From positions 3,200,001-3,264,000 of the forward strand of contig OZ242214.1 of NCBI GenBank assembly GCA_965206595.1: a stretch of DNA of 64,000 bases, written 5' to 3'. The translations under genes and the position numbers were made by a program. How positions within the stretch are numbered: position 1 is the stretch's first letter; every line of letters starts with the position of its first letter. Below are positions 20,919 to 30,597 of the stretch, piece after piece. This DNA is from Candidatus Latescibacterota bacterium. Its GTDB lineage: Bacteria > Latescibacterota > UBA2968 > UBA8231. Below the pieces are notes generated by a model that ran no database searches, was not told the DNA's origin, and worked only from the letters and a program-made list of their open reading frames with translations.

Positions 20919-22283
20919 CTACTTCCCCCGGTCCCCCATGGCGTCGCGGATCTCGCGGATGCTGCCCTCGAGCCGGTCGAGGCGCTCGTTGGTCTCCTTC
21001 ACGTCCTTCTGGATTTTCGTCGCGATGGCGACCTGCTCCTCCAGCTCCTCGGCCTTCACCGAGCCCTCGTCCTTCACCAGCACGCTGGTCAGGGTGGCGG
21101 TGAAGACACCCACCAGGACCATGCCCGTAATCACCAGGAAGACCGTGAGGATTTTGCCGGAAGCGGTCTGGGGATTGTGGATGTCGGCGTAGCCGCCGGT
21201 GACCAGGGTGGTGAAGCTCCACCAGAGACTGGGCCAGAACCCCGAACCGGACTCGAGGCGCTCCAGGCCCATGAAGATGCAGGCGCCGAAAACCAGAGAC
21301 ATCAGGCCGTAAAGCAACGACCGCTTGAGGAGCCTCACGTCGAGGGTGGAGCTCAGGTGGTCCATGCCGCGCCAGAAGAACAGGCCGATGCGGAACAACC
21401 TCAGCGCCCTGAGAATGCGCACCGCCCGCAGCAGGCGCCCCAGGCGAAGGATGCCTATGTCGCCGGAGGCGGCGATGACCTGCACCGGCGGAAGGGGTAT
21501 GGAAGTTATGAAGTCTATCCAGTTGTTCTTCCAGTACCACTTCTTCGAATCGGCAAGCCTGTGCTCGAAGACGAAGTTGGCCATGAAAAGGCCGCAGCAT
21601 ATCACGTCGATGATCCAGAATATCCACAACGTGCTCACGGCGAAGTGGGGCAGCACTTCCACGACGGGATCGGTATAGTTCTCTCCGCTGTCGATGATCT
21701 TGACCTGCGCCAGCTTTCCCCCGACCACCTGCCCCGAAGCAAGGGCGTGCGAACCTTCCTCATCGGAAATGTGGAGGTTCACCCGCTCATACCCTTCTCC
21801 CCCGTTCAGGATGACGATCCCGCCTATCTTCCCGTCCTCCACTTCCGCCCTGGCAACGGCGCCGCCGCCGGTGGCCCCGACGCCGAGCAGGTCGACGACG
21901 AGTATGGTGATGAGGAAGAGGATGAGGATGAAAACCAGCAGGTCCTTGGCTCTCACGCTGCCGGCGCTGCCCAGAACCCTGGCCTGCTCGTCCATCAGGT
22001 GTTTCTTCTGGCGCGCCTGCTCGATGATCCGGGCCTTGTCCATCAACTTCTCTTTTTCCTCGTTCAGCCTCGAGATCCGCGATTCCGCCTTGTCGAGGCC
22101 CAGCTCGTAGTGGCCGTGCCTTTTGCTCAGGCTGACCGTCTCCACCTTTTCCGCCATGGCGTCGATCTCCCTCTCTTCGACGGCCAGCTGACGGTCGATG
22201 CGGTCGATCTCCTGCACTACCAGGTCCTTCATCCTGGTAATGCGTTCGAGGGAGCAGGATTCCAGTCGCTTTGAAAATGACAT
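20919..22283 (-). CDS. 6TM voltage-gated-type cation (K+-like) channel
   Basis: S4 LRLGRLLRAVRILRALRLFR; pore WWSFTTLVTGGYADIHNP; coiled-coil N- and C-termini. Confidence 0.88.
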   Translation of the reverse strand: MSFSKRLESCSLERITRMKDLVVQEIDRIDRQLAVEEREIDAMAEKVETVSLSKRHGHYELGLDKAESRISRLNEEKEKLMDKARIIEQARQKKHLMDEQARVLGSAGSVRAKDLLVFILILFLITILVVDLLGVGATGGGAVARAEVEDGKIGGIVILNGGEGYERVNLHISDEEGSHALASGQVVGGKLAQVKIIDSGENYTDPVVEVLPHFAVSTLWIFWIIDVICCGLFMANFVFEHRLADSKKWYWKNNWIDFITSIPLPPVQVIAASGDIGILRLGRLLRAVRILRALRLFRIGLFFWRGMDHLSSTLDVRLLKRSLLYGLMSLVFGACIFMGLERLESGSGFWPSLWWSFTTLVTGGYADIHNPQTASGKILTVFLVITGMVLVGVFTATLTSVLVKDEGSVKAEELEEQVAIATKIQKDVKETNERLDRLEGSIREIRDAMGDRGK

Positions 22284-22566
22284 CTCGATTTAAAAAACTC
22301 CGGGCTGAGGCTGTTCGGTAACCGGTACGATTCGACCACGTACAAAGTTAAGTAATGGCCCCCCCGGAGGGGTTTCTGTCAAGACGCTGAAGGCTCGCAC
22401 GAGCCGTCGCAGAAGCAGGTCGACGAGCCGGCTCAGGGTTTTGGAACCGAGCCGGCGTTGCGGGGATTCGCACGGATGAGAGCGGCCTGTCATCGCAAGA
22501 CCCGGGCAGGGCCGCCCATGCTCATTCTCCTTTCGGGGACCCGATTACTGCCTATAATGGACTCCC

Positions 22567-24501
22567 ATGACTGCCTCTCACTCCCCTTCCCGTTTCAGCT
22601 ACAGGGGCCTGTTCATCGGTGTGCTCCTGTGCGTGGGCGTCGGTCTGGTCGCCCCGTACTGGGCCGTCTTCACCTACAACGGGGTCGGCTTCGCCCCGGC
22701 CTCGCCGGGGGCCATCCTGTTCCTCATGGTCACCGTCCTGGCGAGCGCCGTCGTCGGCCTGATCAGCCGCCGGTTGTCGCTGCCCAGGGCCGACCTGGTG
22801 CTGATCTTCTGCATGCTGCTGGTGGCCATAACCGTGCCGACCTGGGGGACGATGTTCTTCCTGATCGGCACCATGGTCTATCCCTACTACTTCGCGACTT
22901 CCGAGAACCGCTTCGCCGACCTGCTGCACCCGCACATCCCGTCCTGGATCGTGCCGCAGGACGTGCAGGCGATCAAGGATTACTACGAGGGGCTGCCCAA
23001 GGGGGGCCGCATCCCCTGGGAGGCGTGGGTCGAGCCGATGGGGCACTGGCTGGCGCTGACCACGGTGATGGGGTTCATGCTGATCTGCATGAGCGCCATC
23101 CTGCACCGGCAGTGGTCGGTGCAGGATGGCCTCACCTATCCCATGATGCAGCTGCCGCAGCAGATGATCGACGACGGCGGGGGCATTGGCCGCCGCCTGG
23201 CGCCCTTCTTCAGAAGCAAGACGATGTGGCTGGGCTTCGCGATTCCGGCGATCACGTTGAGCCTGGGCGGGTTCAACCACTTCTGGCCCGAGGTGCCGGA
23301 GTTCAGGCAGGTCGGCGGCCTGCGCCTGTTCAACAACACCATACACATCGGGTTCTACTTCAAGCTCGCCTACATCGGCTTCTTCTACCTCGTCGACCTG
23401 CAGATCCTGTTCAGCATCTGGTTCTTCTACCTGCTGTGCAAACTCGAGGACGGGGTGTTCAAGACACTCGGTATCGCCAACACCGAGAAGCTGAGCGTGT
23501 ACGAGTATTCGCAGTCAGCGGACCTGACGCACCAGATGACCGGGGCGGTCATCGTTTTCGTGCTCTACGGAATGTGGATCGCACGCGGGCATATTCTGGC
23601 AGTGATCCGCAAGGCCTGGGATCCGTCAGGGGGGATGGACGACAGCGAGGAGCTGCTGAGGTACCGCACCGCGGTCGTCGGTTTCCTGGTGAGCCTGGTG
23701 TTCTGCGGCGTCTGGCTGTGGCGGTCGGGGGTGCCGGCGATCACCGTGCCGTTACTGCTGGTCGTCAGCCTGATCTTCTTCATTCTCGTGGCGCGGGTCG
23801 TAACCACCGCCGGGGTCGCCACGGCGCGCAGCCCCATCGTGCCGGCCTTCTTCATCATATCGGGGCTCGGGACCTCGATCCTCGGCGCCAAGGGTCTGGT
23901 GGCGCTGAATTTCACCTTCATCTGGCAGGGGGAATCGCAGCTGTCGGCGATGGTCGCCACCTCCAACGGGCTGAAGCTCGCCGAGAGGATCCCCGGACCG
24001 AAGGGTCGTCTGTTCTGGGGGCTGATGCTGGCCCTGGTGGTCACCTTCCTCGCCTCGGCCTGGATGACTCTGAAGCTCGGCTACACGTACGGCGCCATAA
24101 ACCTCAACCTCCTCAACTGGGTAGGGGCTCACGGGTGGCCTTCCCTCGGCGCCAAGATTGCGGACATGCCGGACGCCAACATGAGGGGGTGGATGTTTCG
24201 CGGAATCGGCGCGGCAGTGGAGGGATTCCTGATGTTCGCCCAGCACCGGTGGCACTGGTGGTCGCTGCATCCGCTGGGGTTCACCATCGGCGTCGGCTGG
24301 CTCACCAGCAAGCTATGGTTCCCGGCGCTGCTCGCATGGCTGATAAAGCTGACCATCCTCTTCTTCTGGGGCCCGCGGATGTTCCAGGCCATGAAGCCGT
24401 TCTTTCTCGGGCTGATCATGGGGGAAATAGCAGTCGGGGGCATCTGGGGAACGATCTTTCCGTTCACCAGCGAAACCGGCCGCTGGCTCACCTTCATCTG
24501 A
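22567..24501 (+). CDS. Polytopic membrane protein (DUF6785/DUF6784-like putative transporter)
   Basis: Many TM helices; YPYYFATSEN, IPWEAWVEP, RQW...LTYP, WWSLHPLGF, PFFLGLIMGE motifs. Confidence 0.7.
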   Translation: MTASHSPSRFSYRGLFIGVLLCVGVGLVAPYWAVFTYNGVGFAPASPGAILFLMVTVLASAVVGLISRRLSLPRADLVLIFCMLLVAITVPTWGTMFFLIGTMVYPYYFATSENRFADLLHPHIPSWIVPQDVQAIKDYYEGLPKGGRIPWEAWVEPMGHWLALTTVMGFMLICMSAILHRQWSVQDGLTYPMMQLPQQMIDDGGGIGRRLAPFFRSKTMWLGFAIPAITLSLGGFNHFWPEVPEFRQVGGLRLFNNTIHIGFYFKLAYIGFFYLVDLQILFSIWFFYLLCKLEDGVFKTLGIANTEKLSVYEYSQSADLTHQMTGAVIVFVLYGMWIARGHILAVIRKAWDPSGGMDDSEELLRYRTAVVGFLVSLVFCGVWLWRSGVPAITVPLLLVVSLIFFILVARVVTTAGVATARSPIVPAFFIISGLGTSILGAKGLVALNFTFIWQGESQLSAMVATSNGLKLAERIPGPKGRLFWGLMLALVVTFLASAWMTLKLGYTYGAINLNLLNWVGAHGWPSLGAKIADMPDANMRGWMFRGIGAAVEGFLMFAQHRWHWWSLHPLGFTIGVGWLTSKLWFPALLAWLIKLTILFFWGPRMFQAMKPFFLGLIMGEIAVGGIWGTIFPFTSETGRWLTFI

Positions 24502-24699
24502 CCCGGAGATCGCTCGATCAGGATCGCCCCTTGTTCAATGGGCAATCAAAGACCACTCGTTCCGTCAGCGCCTGCTCCCTTCTTGTTGCCGGCCAACCAG
24601 GGAGAACAAACCGCGCCGTTGTGCGTCGAACTTTATCGGTATTCCAACAGGTGATCCCGCCCGCTCTGTTGTCCCACAGCGCCGTGAGGAGAAGCTCCC

Positions 24700-25305
24700 A
24701 TGTCTGTCTCCCGTCTGATCTGCATCGTCCTGATGACCAGCGGCATCGCCTCCGCCCACCAGGAAGGCCCCCTGGCCGGCCGCGGGAACTGGGGGCTGGG
24801 GGTAGCCTTGCCTTCCGGCGGCGGAAGCAGCTTCAGCGTGTGGAAGATCCGCTCTCCCACCACCGCCCTGGGCCTGGAAACAAGGGTTTCGTGGAGCCTC
24901 CGCGACTCCACCGCCAACGCGGATGACCCCGCCTCAGCGGCCATAAATCGCCATTACCTGAGGCTGCAGCTGAGTCCCACAATCAAGCACTATCGGCCGC
25001 TGAAAAACGGGATCGCCCCTTTTACGTATGGCCGAGTCGAAGCCGGTTTTTCGGGCTATAGACGGGACTATAGTCTGAATTCGCAGCACGGCAGCAGCGG
25101 AGGCCACATAGGGATAGGACTTGGTTTGGGAGTCGAATGGTTCCCGTTCCAACGGATCAGCCTGGGCGGTCAGACCGGGCTGAGACTGGGGTACCGCTAC
25201 TTTCAGCACGATTCCAGGGGGATTGATTCCAACACCTCCCGAACCAGTTGGAACCTGTACTTGCGGACCTTCCAATCGCAATTGAAGGCATTGATGTATT
25301 TCTGA
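24700..25305 (+). CDS. Small outer-membrane beta-barrel protein, paralog 1
   Basis: Signal peptide, amphipathic strands, GLGVEWFPFQRISLGGQTG, terminal YF. Confidence 0.75.
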   Translation: MSVSRLICIVLMTSGIASAHQEGPLAGRGNWGLGVALPSGGGSSFSVWKIRSPTTALGLETRVSWSLRDSTANADDPASAAINRHYLRLQLSPTIKHYRPLKNGIAPFTYGRVEAGFSGYRRDYSLNSQHGSSGGHIGIGLGLGVEWFPFQRISLGGQTGLRLGYRYFQHDSRGIDSNTSRTSWNLYLRTFQSQLKALMYF

Positions 25306-25436
25306 CCAAAGACGATGGCTCCTCTCACCACTCCACAACCCGCAATTAACACGATGCCTCTTTTTAATTTTGGTCTTGCTGTCAGCGGTTCTTTTTCCCG
25401 ATGAATACCGCCACAGGCTATGGGATCCCGAAGCTC

Positions 25437-26027
25437 ATGCTGGCTAAATCGTTGCTCTCCATGATCCTGTTGACAGGCACCGTCGCCTGGGCTGAAGGCC
25501 CTCTGGCCGACCGGGGCGGATGGGCGTTGGGCGTGCCCCTGCCTTCCAGCAGCGAACGCAGCATCAGCCTGTGGAAGGTACGCTCTCCCGTCACCGCCCT
25601 CGGCCTTGAAATAGGTTTGTCATCGCATTACGGCGAAAGCACAATAGACGACCTGGAAAACCTTGACCGAGAGGATCTCCGAATACGTGATCGGTCTCTC
25701 AGGATGCAACTGCTTCCTGCCATCAAGCACTACCGCCCTCTGCACGAGGAGGTCGCCCCCTTTGTTATTTATAAAGTCCACACACGTTTTGCTATTTGGG
25801 ATAGAGGATTTGGCAGCGAATTCGTGAAACGGCGCACCAGAACCGAGGGCGACCTGGGGCTGTCCGTGGGTTTGGGTACCGAATGGTTCCCGTTCCAGCG
25901 CATCAGCCTGAGCGGGCAGACCGGACTGGACCTCAGCTATCGCTACGAAAAAGAGGACCTCAACCGCGAGTGGGAGTGGTCCCTCGAGACCTTCCAGACG
26001 GAGATGACCGCGCTGGTGTATTTCTGA
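25437..26027 (+). CDS. Small outer-membrane beta-barrel protein, paralog 2
   Basis: Signal peptide; shares EGPLAxRGxW, WKxRSPxTALGLE, IKHYRPL, EWFPFQRISL and terminal YF with 24700-25305. Confidence 0.75.
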   Translation: MLAKSLLSMILLTGTVAWAEGPLADRGGWALGVPLPSSSERSISLWKVRSPVTALGLEIGLSSHYGESTIDDLENLDREDLRIRDRSLRMQLLPAIKHYRPLHEEVAPFVIYKVHTRFAIWDRGFGSEFVKRRTRTEGDLGLSVGLGTEWFPFQRISLSGQTGLDLSYRYEKEDLNREWEWSLETFQTEMTALVYF

Positions 26028-26166
26028 CCCCGTCTGTCCAGCCGGAACGGTTCCCCGGATACACCAGGCTGACGGTGCCTGGTTTCCCGCATACCCGGTG
26101 TTCCTTCAGCGCCAACCCGATTCGGCATCCGGCAACGAGAGCAGTACCTCCCCCGATCCGTACCGA

Positions 26167-27183
26167 TTACCGGTTTCCCACCTGCACTCCCTGAACTGAA
26201 AACACTTCTTCGAGGAAGTTCCGCCCCATGCGCACGTACCCGGTGGCGTCCGGGTGGAGGTTGTCGGGCAGGTATTCGGCGAGGCTTTCGTCGAAGAGCT
26301 TGAGGCCGTCGACGTAATGGATGTTGTCGTCGCCGCGCTTTTTGAACGCCTCCACGGCTTCGGCTACCTCGACGCGCATCTGTTGCAGGGTCAGGCCGAC
26401 CGCATTGGGCGCGGTCTCGCGGTCGTGGCCCCAGATCGGCGAGCAGACCGCCAACGGGGTGTGGGGATGGCCGTCGCGGATGGTGGCGATGGTTCCGAGG
26501 ACGGCCGGGCGAAAGGCGCGCGGGCCGAGGCTGGCGGCGCCGTAGATGTTGATGCCGATCTTGACCGAGACGAAGTCCGCGGGCAGGCATCGGATCAGCC
26601 GGGCGACGAACGGGTCGGCGTGGCACTGGCCGCCGTAGCCCAGCGACGTGAGGTTGAAGTCCCGGGCCCGGGCTACCACCCCCGGCCAGGTAGTGGCGGG
26701 CGATCCCGCGGTGCGGCAGTGGGTGATGGAGCTGCCATAGGCAACCCACTTCGGCCGGGTATCTTCGCTTTTTTCGCAATCTGCTCCCCCGGGCAATTCA
26801 ACGTGGCGCAGGGCGACGGGCATGGACGGCGACAGCCAGATCTCCAGGGACTTCCCGCCCGCGGGCAACCCCGCGAAGCGAACCTCGGTCGCGCCGGCCG
26901 CATACGCAGCGGTGGCGGCGATCTTCCCGCCGATGCACAGGTCGAGGCGGCCGTCCCCGGCCAGCGGCTCGCAGCGGACGATCAACTCCTCGGCGTCGGT
27001 GGCCAGGCGCACGCGCACGCCCGAAGGCATCTCGGCCCGCCCGGCAAGGCCGTTCTCCCCGGGCGAGTACAGGTCCGGATCTCCATGGGGAATGCGCCAG
27101 GGCTTTACCCAGCCCGGCCCTTCTTCGAGCGAGACGGCGCCGCTCCAGGTCAGGCGGGGGTCGGCGGCGGTAATGACGGGCAT
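26167..27183 (-). CDS. SGNH/GDSL hydrolase family protein
   Basis: YGSSITH (block I), LGYGG, IGIN, DNLHPD. Confidence 0.85.
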   Translation of the reverse strand: MPVITAADPRLTWSGAVSLEEGPGWVKPWRIPHGDPDLYSPGENGLAGRAEMPSGVRVRLATDAEELIVRCEPLAGDGRLDLCIGGKIAATAAYAAGATEVRFAGLPAGGKSLEIWLSPSMPVALRHVELPGGADCEKSEDTRPKWVAYGSSITHCRTAGSPATTWPGVVARARDFNLTSLGYGGQCHADPFVARLIRCLPADFVSVKIGINIYGAASLGPRAFRPAVLGTIATIRDGHPHTPLAVCSPIWGHDRETAPNAVGLTLQQMRVEVAEAVEAFKKRGDDNIHYVDGLKLFDESLAEYLPDNLHPDATGYVRMGRNFLEEVFSVQGVQVGNR

Positions 27184-27265
27184 GAAATAGTCCTTTCTGT
27201 GAGGGGAAAGTTACCCGGTGCGAAGGCCGACTGCGGTCCCCCGCCCGGCTTCCATCAGCTGCCTG

Positions 27266-28720
27266 CTATGAATCAACGGGCGGCGGCGGATAGTGCAGGC
27301 CGCGTTGGCCGGAGAGGTTGCGGTCGGGACGGGGCGACCATTGCCGGTCGGGCAGGCCGACGAGCTGGCCGTCTTCGACCCAGGCTTCGTCGCCGCCGTA
27401 GAGTTCCCCGGCGAGCCGCTCGCCGAGCCGGGCCTGTATTTCGGCGCAGCCGGGTGAACCGGCCAGGTCGTTGAGCTCGCCGGGATCGCTTTCGAGATCG
27501 AAGAGCTGGATGCGGTTGCCCACCGGATAGTAGATCAGCTTGTGCCGCCCCCCGTGGATCATGCGGTTGGCATTCGGACCTTCCCCCCATTCGCCATACA
27601 GGTACCTGCGCCGTTCCTCGCCGACCATCGACAGACCCTCGACCGTGCCGGGTATGTCGACGCCCGCCAGGTCGAGCAAGGTCGGCATGACATCCTGCCA
27701 GCCGACGAGGCGGTCGTCCAGGGTATGGTGCGGAACCCGCCCGTCCCGGCCTCCGAGCAGGATCATCGGCACGTTGGCCGACTGCTCGTGGAAGAGCCGC
27801 TTGGCCCAGAGGCCGTGGTTGCCGAGCATGTCGCCGTGGTCGGCCGTGAAGCAGATGACGGTATTGTCGAGCAGGCCCTCCTCGCGCAGGGTGCCGACGA
27901 CCACGCGGAGCTGGTGGTCGATCTGGGTGCAGAGCGCGTAGAAGGCGCGGCGGATGCGCAGGGCTTGCGGCCTCTCGAGGTGGACGTTTTCCCCCTGAAT
28001 TTCCTTGAGGGCATAGGGCAGACCATCGAAGTCGCGCGCCCAGGCGCCGTGGTGCGGCGCGTCGATATCGACGTCGCGGTAGAGGTCGAGGTAGCTCTGC
28101 AGGGGCACCAGCGGCGGGTGCGGGTGGCGGAAGGACAGGTACCAGAAGCCGGGCTTTGTCGGGTCGCGGCGCTTGATCATCCGGCTCATCCGGCGCGCCG
28201 CCCAGGTGGTGGGGTGGCAGTCCTCCGGCAAGTGCCAGGGGCGGAAGGAGTACTCGTTGTTGCTCATGCCGTGGGCGAAGCCCATGCCGGCGTGGCCCTT
28301 GTCCGCCAGGAAGAGATCGTAGTCGTCGACGGCCCCCAGGTTCGGCCGGCCCTCTTCGTCGAGGATCACGTCGTCGAAGCCGATGCGGTCGCGCTGGGGA
28401 AAGACGTGGAGCTTGCCGACGGCATACGCCTGGTAGCCGGCGTCGCGGAAGGTCTGCGCCACGGTCGGCAGGCCGGGCATGGGATCGGTCGTCTTGAAGA
28501 CCCGGTCGCCGTGGGTGCGCGGCGCAGTGCCCGTCATCAGGGTGCGGCGGGCGGGGATGCAGACCGGGCATTCGCTGTAGGCGTTGACGAAGCGGGTGCC
28601 GCTGCGAGCCAGCGCGTCGAGGGTGGGGGTGATGATGGCGGGATGGCCGGCTTCCCCCAGAAGGGACGCGGACCAATGGTCCGTGGTTATCAGCAGGACG
28701 TGCGGTCTGTCGTTTGCCAT
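27266..28720 (-). CDS. Formylglycine-dependent sulfatase
   Basis: PHVLLITTD, CPVCIPARRTLMTG (CxPxR), GKLH, PHPP, TADHGDMLG. Confidence 0.92.
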   Translation of the reverse strand: MANDRPHVLLITTDHWSASLLGEAGHPAIITPTLDALARSGTRFVNAYSECPVCIPARRTLMTGTAPRTHGDRVFKTTDPMPGLPTVAQTFRDAGYQAYAVGKLHVFPQRDRIGFDDVILDEEGRPNLGAVDDYDLFLADKGHAGMGFAHGMSNNEYSFRPWHLPEDCHPTTWAARRMSRMIKRRDPTKPGFWYLSFRHPHPPLVPLQSYLDLYRDVDIDAPHHGAWARDFDGLPYALKEIQGENVHLERPQALRIRRAFYALCTQIDHQLRVVVGTLREEGLLDNTVICFTADHGDMLGNHGLWAKRLFHEQSANVPMILLGGRDGRVPHHTLDDRLVGWQDVMPTLLDLAGVDIPGTVEGLSMVGEERRRYLYGEWGEGPNANRMIHGGRHKLIYYPVGNRIQLFDLESDPGELNDLAGSPGCAEIQARLGERLAGELYGGDEAWVEDGQLVGLPDRQWSPRPDRNLSGQRGLHYPPPPVDS

Positions 28721-28818
28721 CGGCTTCTCCATAGCAAGGCCAGGCCTGTCGGATGCGCGGGACAGGCGGCCCCGGTCAGCCCGTTGATTTCCCCGACCTG
28801 GGTACCGGGCTGGTTGTT

Positions 28819-30597
28819 CTAGATGAGGGCCTCGTTGTATTGCAATTGATGCAGGCGGGCGTAGATGCCGTCCCGGGCCAGAAGCTCTTCGTGGCTGCCC
28901 TCTTCGCGCAACCGGCCCCGGTGCAGCACGAGGATCTTGTCGGCGCCGCGGATGGTGGACAGGCGGTGGGCGATGACGATGGAAGTGCGGTCGCGCATCA
29001 GCTTTTCCACGGCCTCCTGGATCCAGCCTTCGGTCTCGGTGTCGATGTGGGCGGTGGCTTCGTCTAGCACCAGGATGTCCGGGTCCGCGGCCAGGGCGCG
29101 GGCAAAGGACAGGAGCTGACGCTGCCCCCCGGACAGGGCGGCGCCGCGCTCCTGCACCTCGTGCCGGTAGGTGTCGGGCAGGCGCTCGATGAAGCGGTCG
29201 GCGTTGACATAGCGGGCCGCCTGTGCGACCGCTTCGTCCGACAGCCCGGGGGCACCGAAACGGATGTTGCCGGCAATGTCGCCGGCAAACAGAAAGACGT
29301 CCTGCTGCACCAGGCCGAAGCGGCGCCTGAGCGCTTCCACGTTCCACTCGCGAACGTCGATGCCGTCGACCAGGATCTGCCCCCGCTGAATCTCGTAAAA
29401 GCGGCACAGCAAGCTGACTATGGTGGTCTTGCCCGAACCGGTGGCCCCCACCAGGGCCAGGCTCTGCCCCGGCTCGGCGCGGAAGGAGACGTCGCGCAGG
29501 ACCCACTCTTCCCCTTCGTAGGCGAACCACACGCGGCGGAATTCGATGGCGCCGTCGACGCGCTCACGGGCCACGGGGCCGCCGGCCGGCTCCGGCTCGG
29601 CGTCCATCAGTTCGAAGATGCGCTCGGAGGAGGCCATGGCCACCTGCACCGTGGCGTATTCCTCGGCGAGGTTGCGGATGGGCATGAAGAAGCGGGGCAC
29701 GTATTGCAGCATGGCCACCAGAACGCCCCAGGCGATCTCCTCGCGCAGCACCTGGCCGACGCCGTACCACAGCACCAGCGCTGTCAGGCCGGCGCCGCAC
29801 ATTTCCATGAAGGGGAAGTAGGCCGAGTGGTAGCGGGTGCGCACCAGGCGGGCCTCGAGGTATTCGTCGGTGCCCTGGTGAAAGCGCCGGGCGCTGCGCG
29901 GCTCGCAGTTGAACAGCTTCACCACCTCTATTCCGGACAGGGTTTCCTGCAGATCGGCGCTGAAGCGGGCAAAGCGCGTGCGGGCCTGGCGGAAGGCGTG
30001 GAAGGTGCGGCTCTGCAACCACAGGGTGGCCCCGAAGGCCACCGGCAGAAAGGCGCAGGTGAGCAGGCCCAGCTCGAAATCGAGGTAGAAGAAGATGAAG
30101 AACAGGATCGAACCGACGGTGACGGTTTCCGTCACCAGGGAGACGGCGCCGTAGGTGAAGAACTCGTTGAGCGCCTCGACGTCGCTGGTATTGCGCGCCA
30201 TCAGCCGGCCGATGGGGGTGCGGTCGAAGAATTTGAGCGGCAGGCGCTGCAGGCAGGCGAAGATGTTCAGGCGCACGTCGCGCATCGTCCACTGGCCGAC
30301 CATGCTGGTGATCCAGCTCTGGGCGTAGCCGATGGCGAACTGAGCCACCAGCAGTCCGGCGAAGAGAAGGACGAGGCTGCCCAGACCGTCCAGGTTGCCC
30401 GGCACGATGTGCTCGTCGACGGCGATCTTGGTCAGCACCGGACCGGCCTGGCGGGCCAGCGAGGCGGCGAGGATGAGCAGCAAGGTCGAGACCGCCCAGG
30501 GCAGGTAGGGCCGCAGGAAACCGAGGAGCCTGGCCACCAAACGGAGGTCGATGGGCTTCTGGTCGATTTCCTGCTCGTCGCGGACGGCCGGCGGCAT
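28819..30597 (-). CDS. ABC exporter, fused permease/ATPase (MdlB-like)
   Basis: TMD plus GATGSGKTT, LSGGQRQ, LVLDEAT, IAHRLST; start overlaps the upstream stop. Confidence 0.93.
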   Translation of the reverse strand: MPPAVRDEQEIDQKPIDLRLVARLLGFLRPYLPWAVSTLLLILAASLARQAGPVLTKIAVDEHIVPGNLDGLGSLVLLFAGLLVAQFAIGYAQSWITSMVGQWTMRDVRLNIFACLQRLPLKFFDRTPIGRLMARNTSDVEALNEFFTYGAVSLVTETVTVGSILFFIFFYLDFELGLLTCAFLPVAFGATLWLQSRTFHAFRQARTRFARFSADLQETLSGIEVVKLFNCEPRSARRFHQGTDEYLEARLVRTRYHSAYFPFMEMCGAGLTALVLWYGVGQVLREEIAWGVLVAMLQYVPRFFMPIRNLAEEYATVQVAMASSERIFELMDAEPEPAGGPVARERVDGAIEFRRVWFAYEGEEWVLRDVSFRAEPGQSLALVGATGSGKTTIVSLLCRFYEIQRGQILVDGIDVREWNVEALRRRFGLVQQDVFLFAGDIAGNIRFGAPGLSDEAVAQAARYVNADRFIERLPDTYRHEVQERGAALSGGQRQLLSFARALAADPDILVLDEATAHIDTETEGWIQEAVEKLMRDRTSIVIAHRLSTIRGADKILVLHRGRLREEGSHEELLARDGIYARLHQLQYNEALI

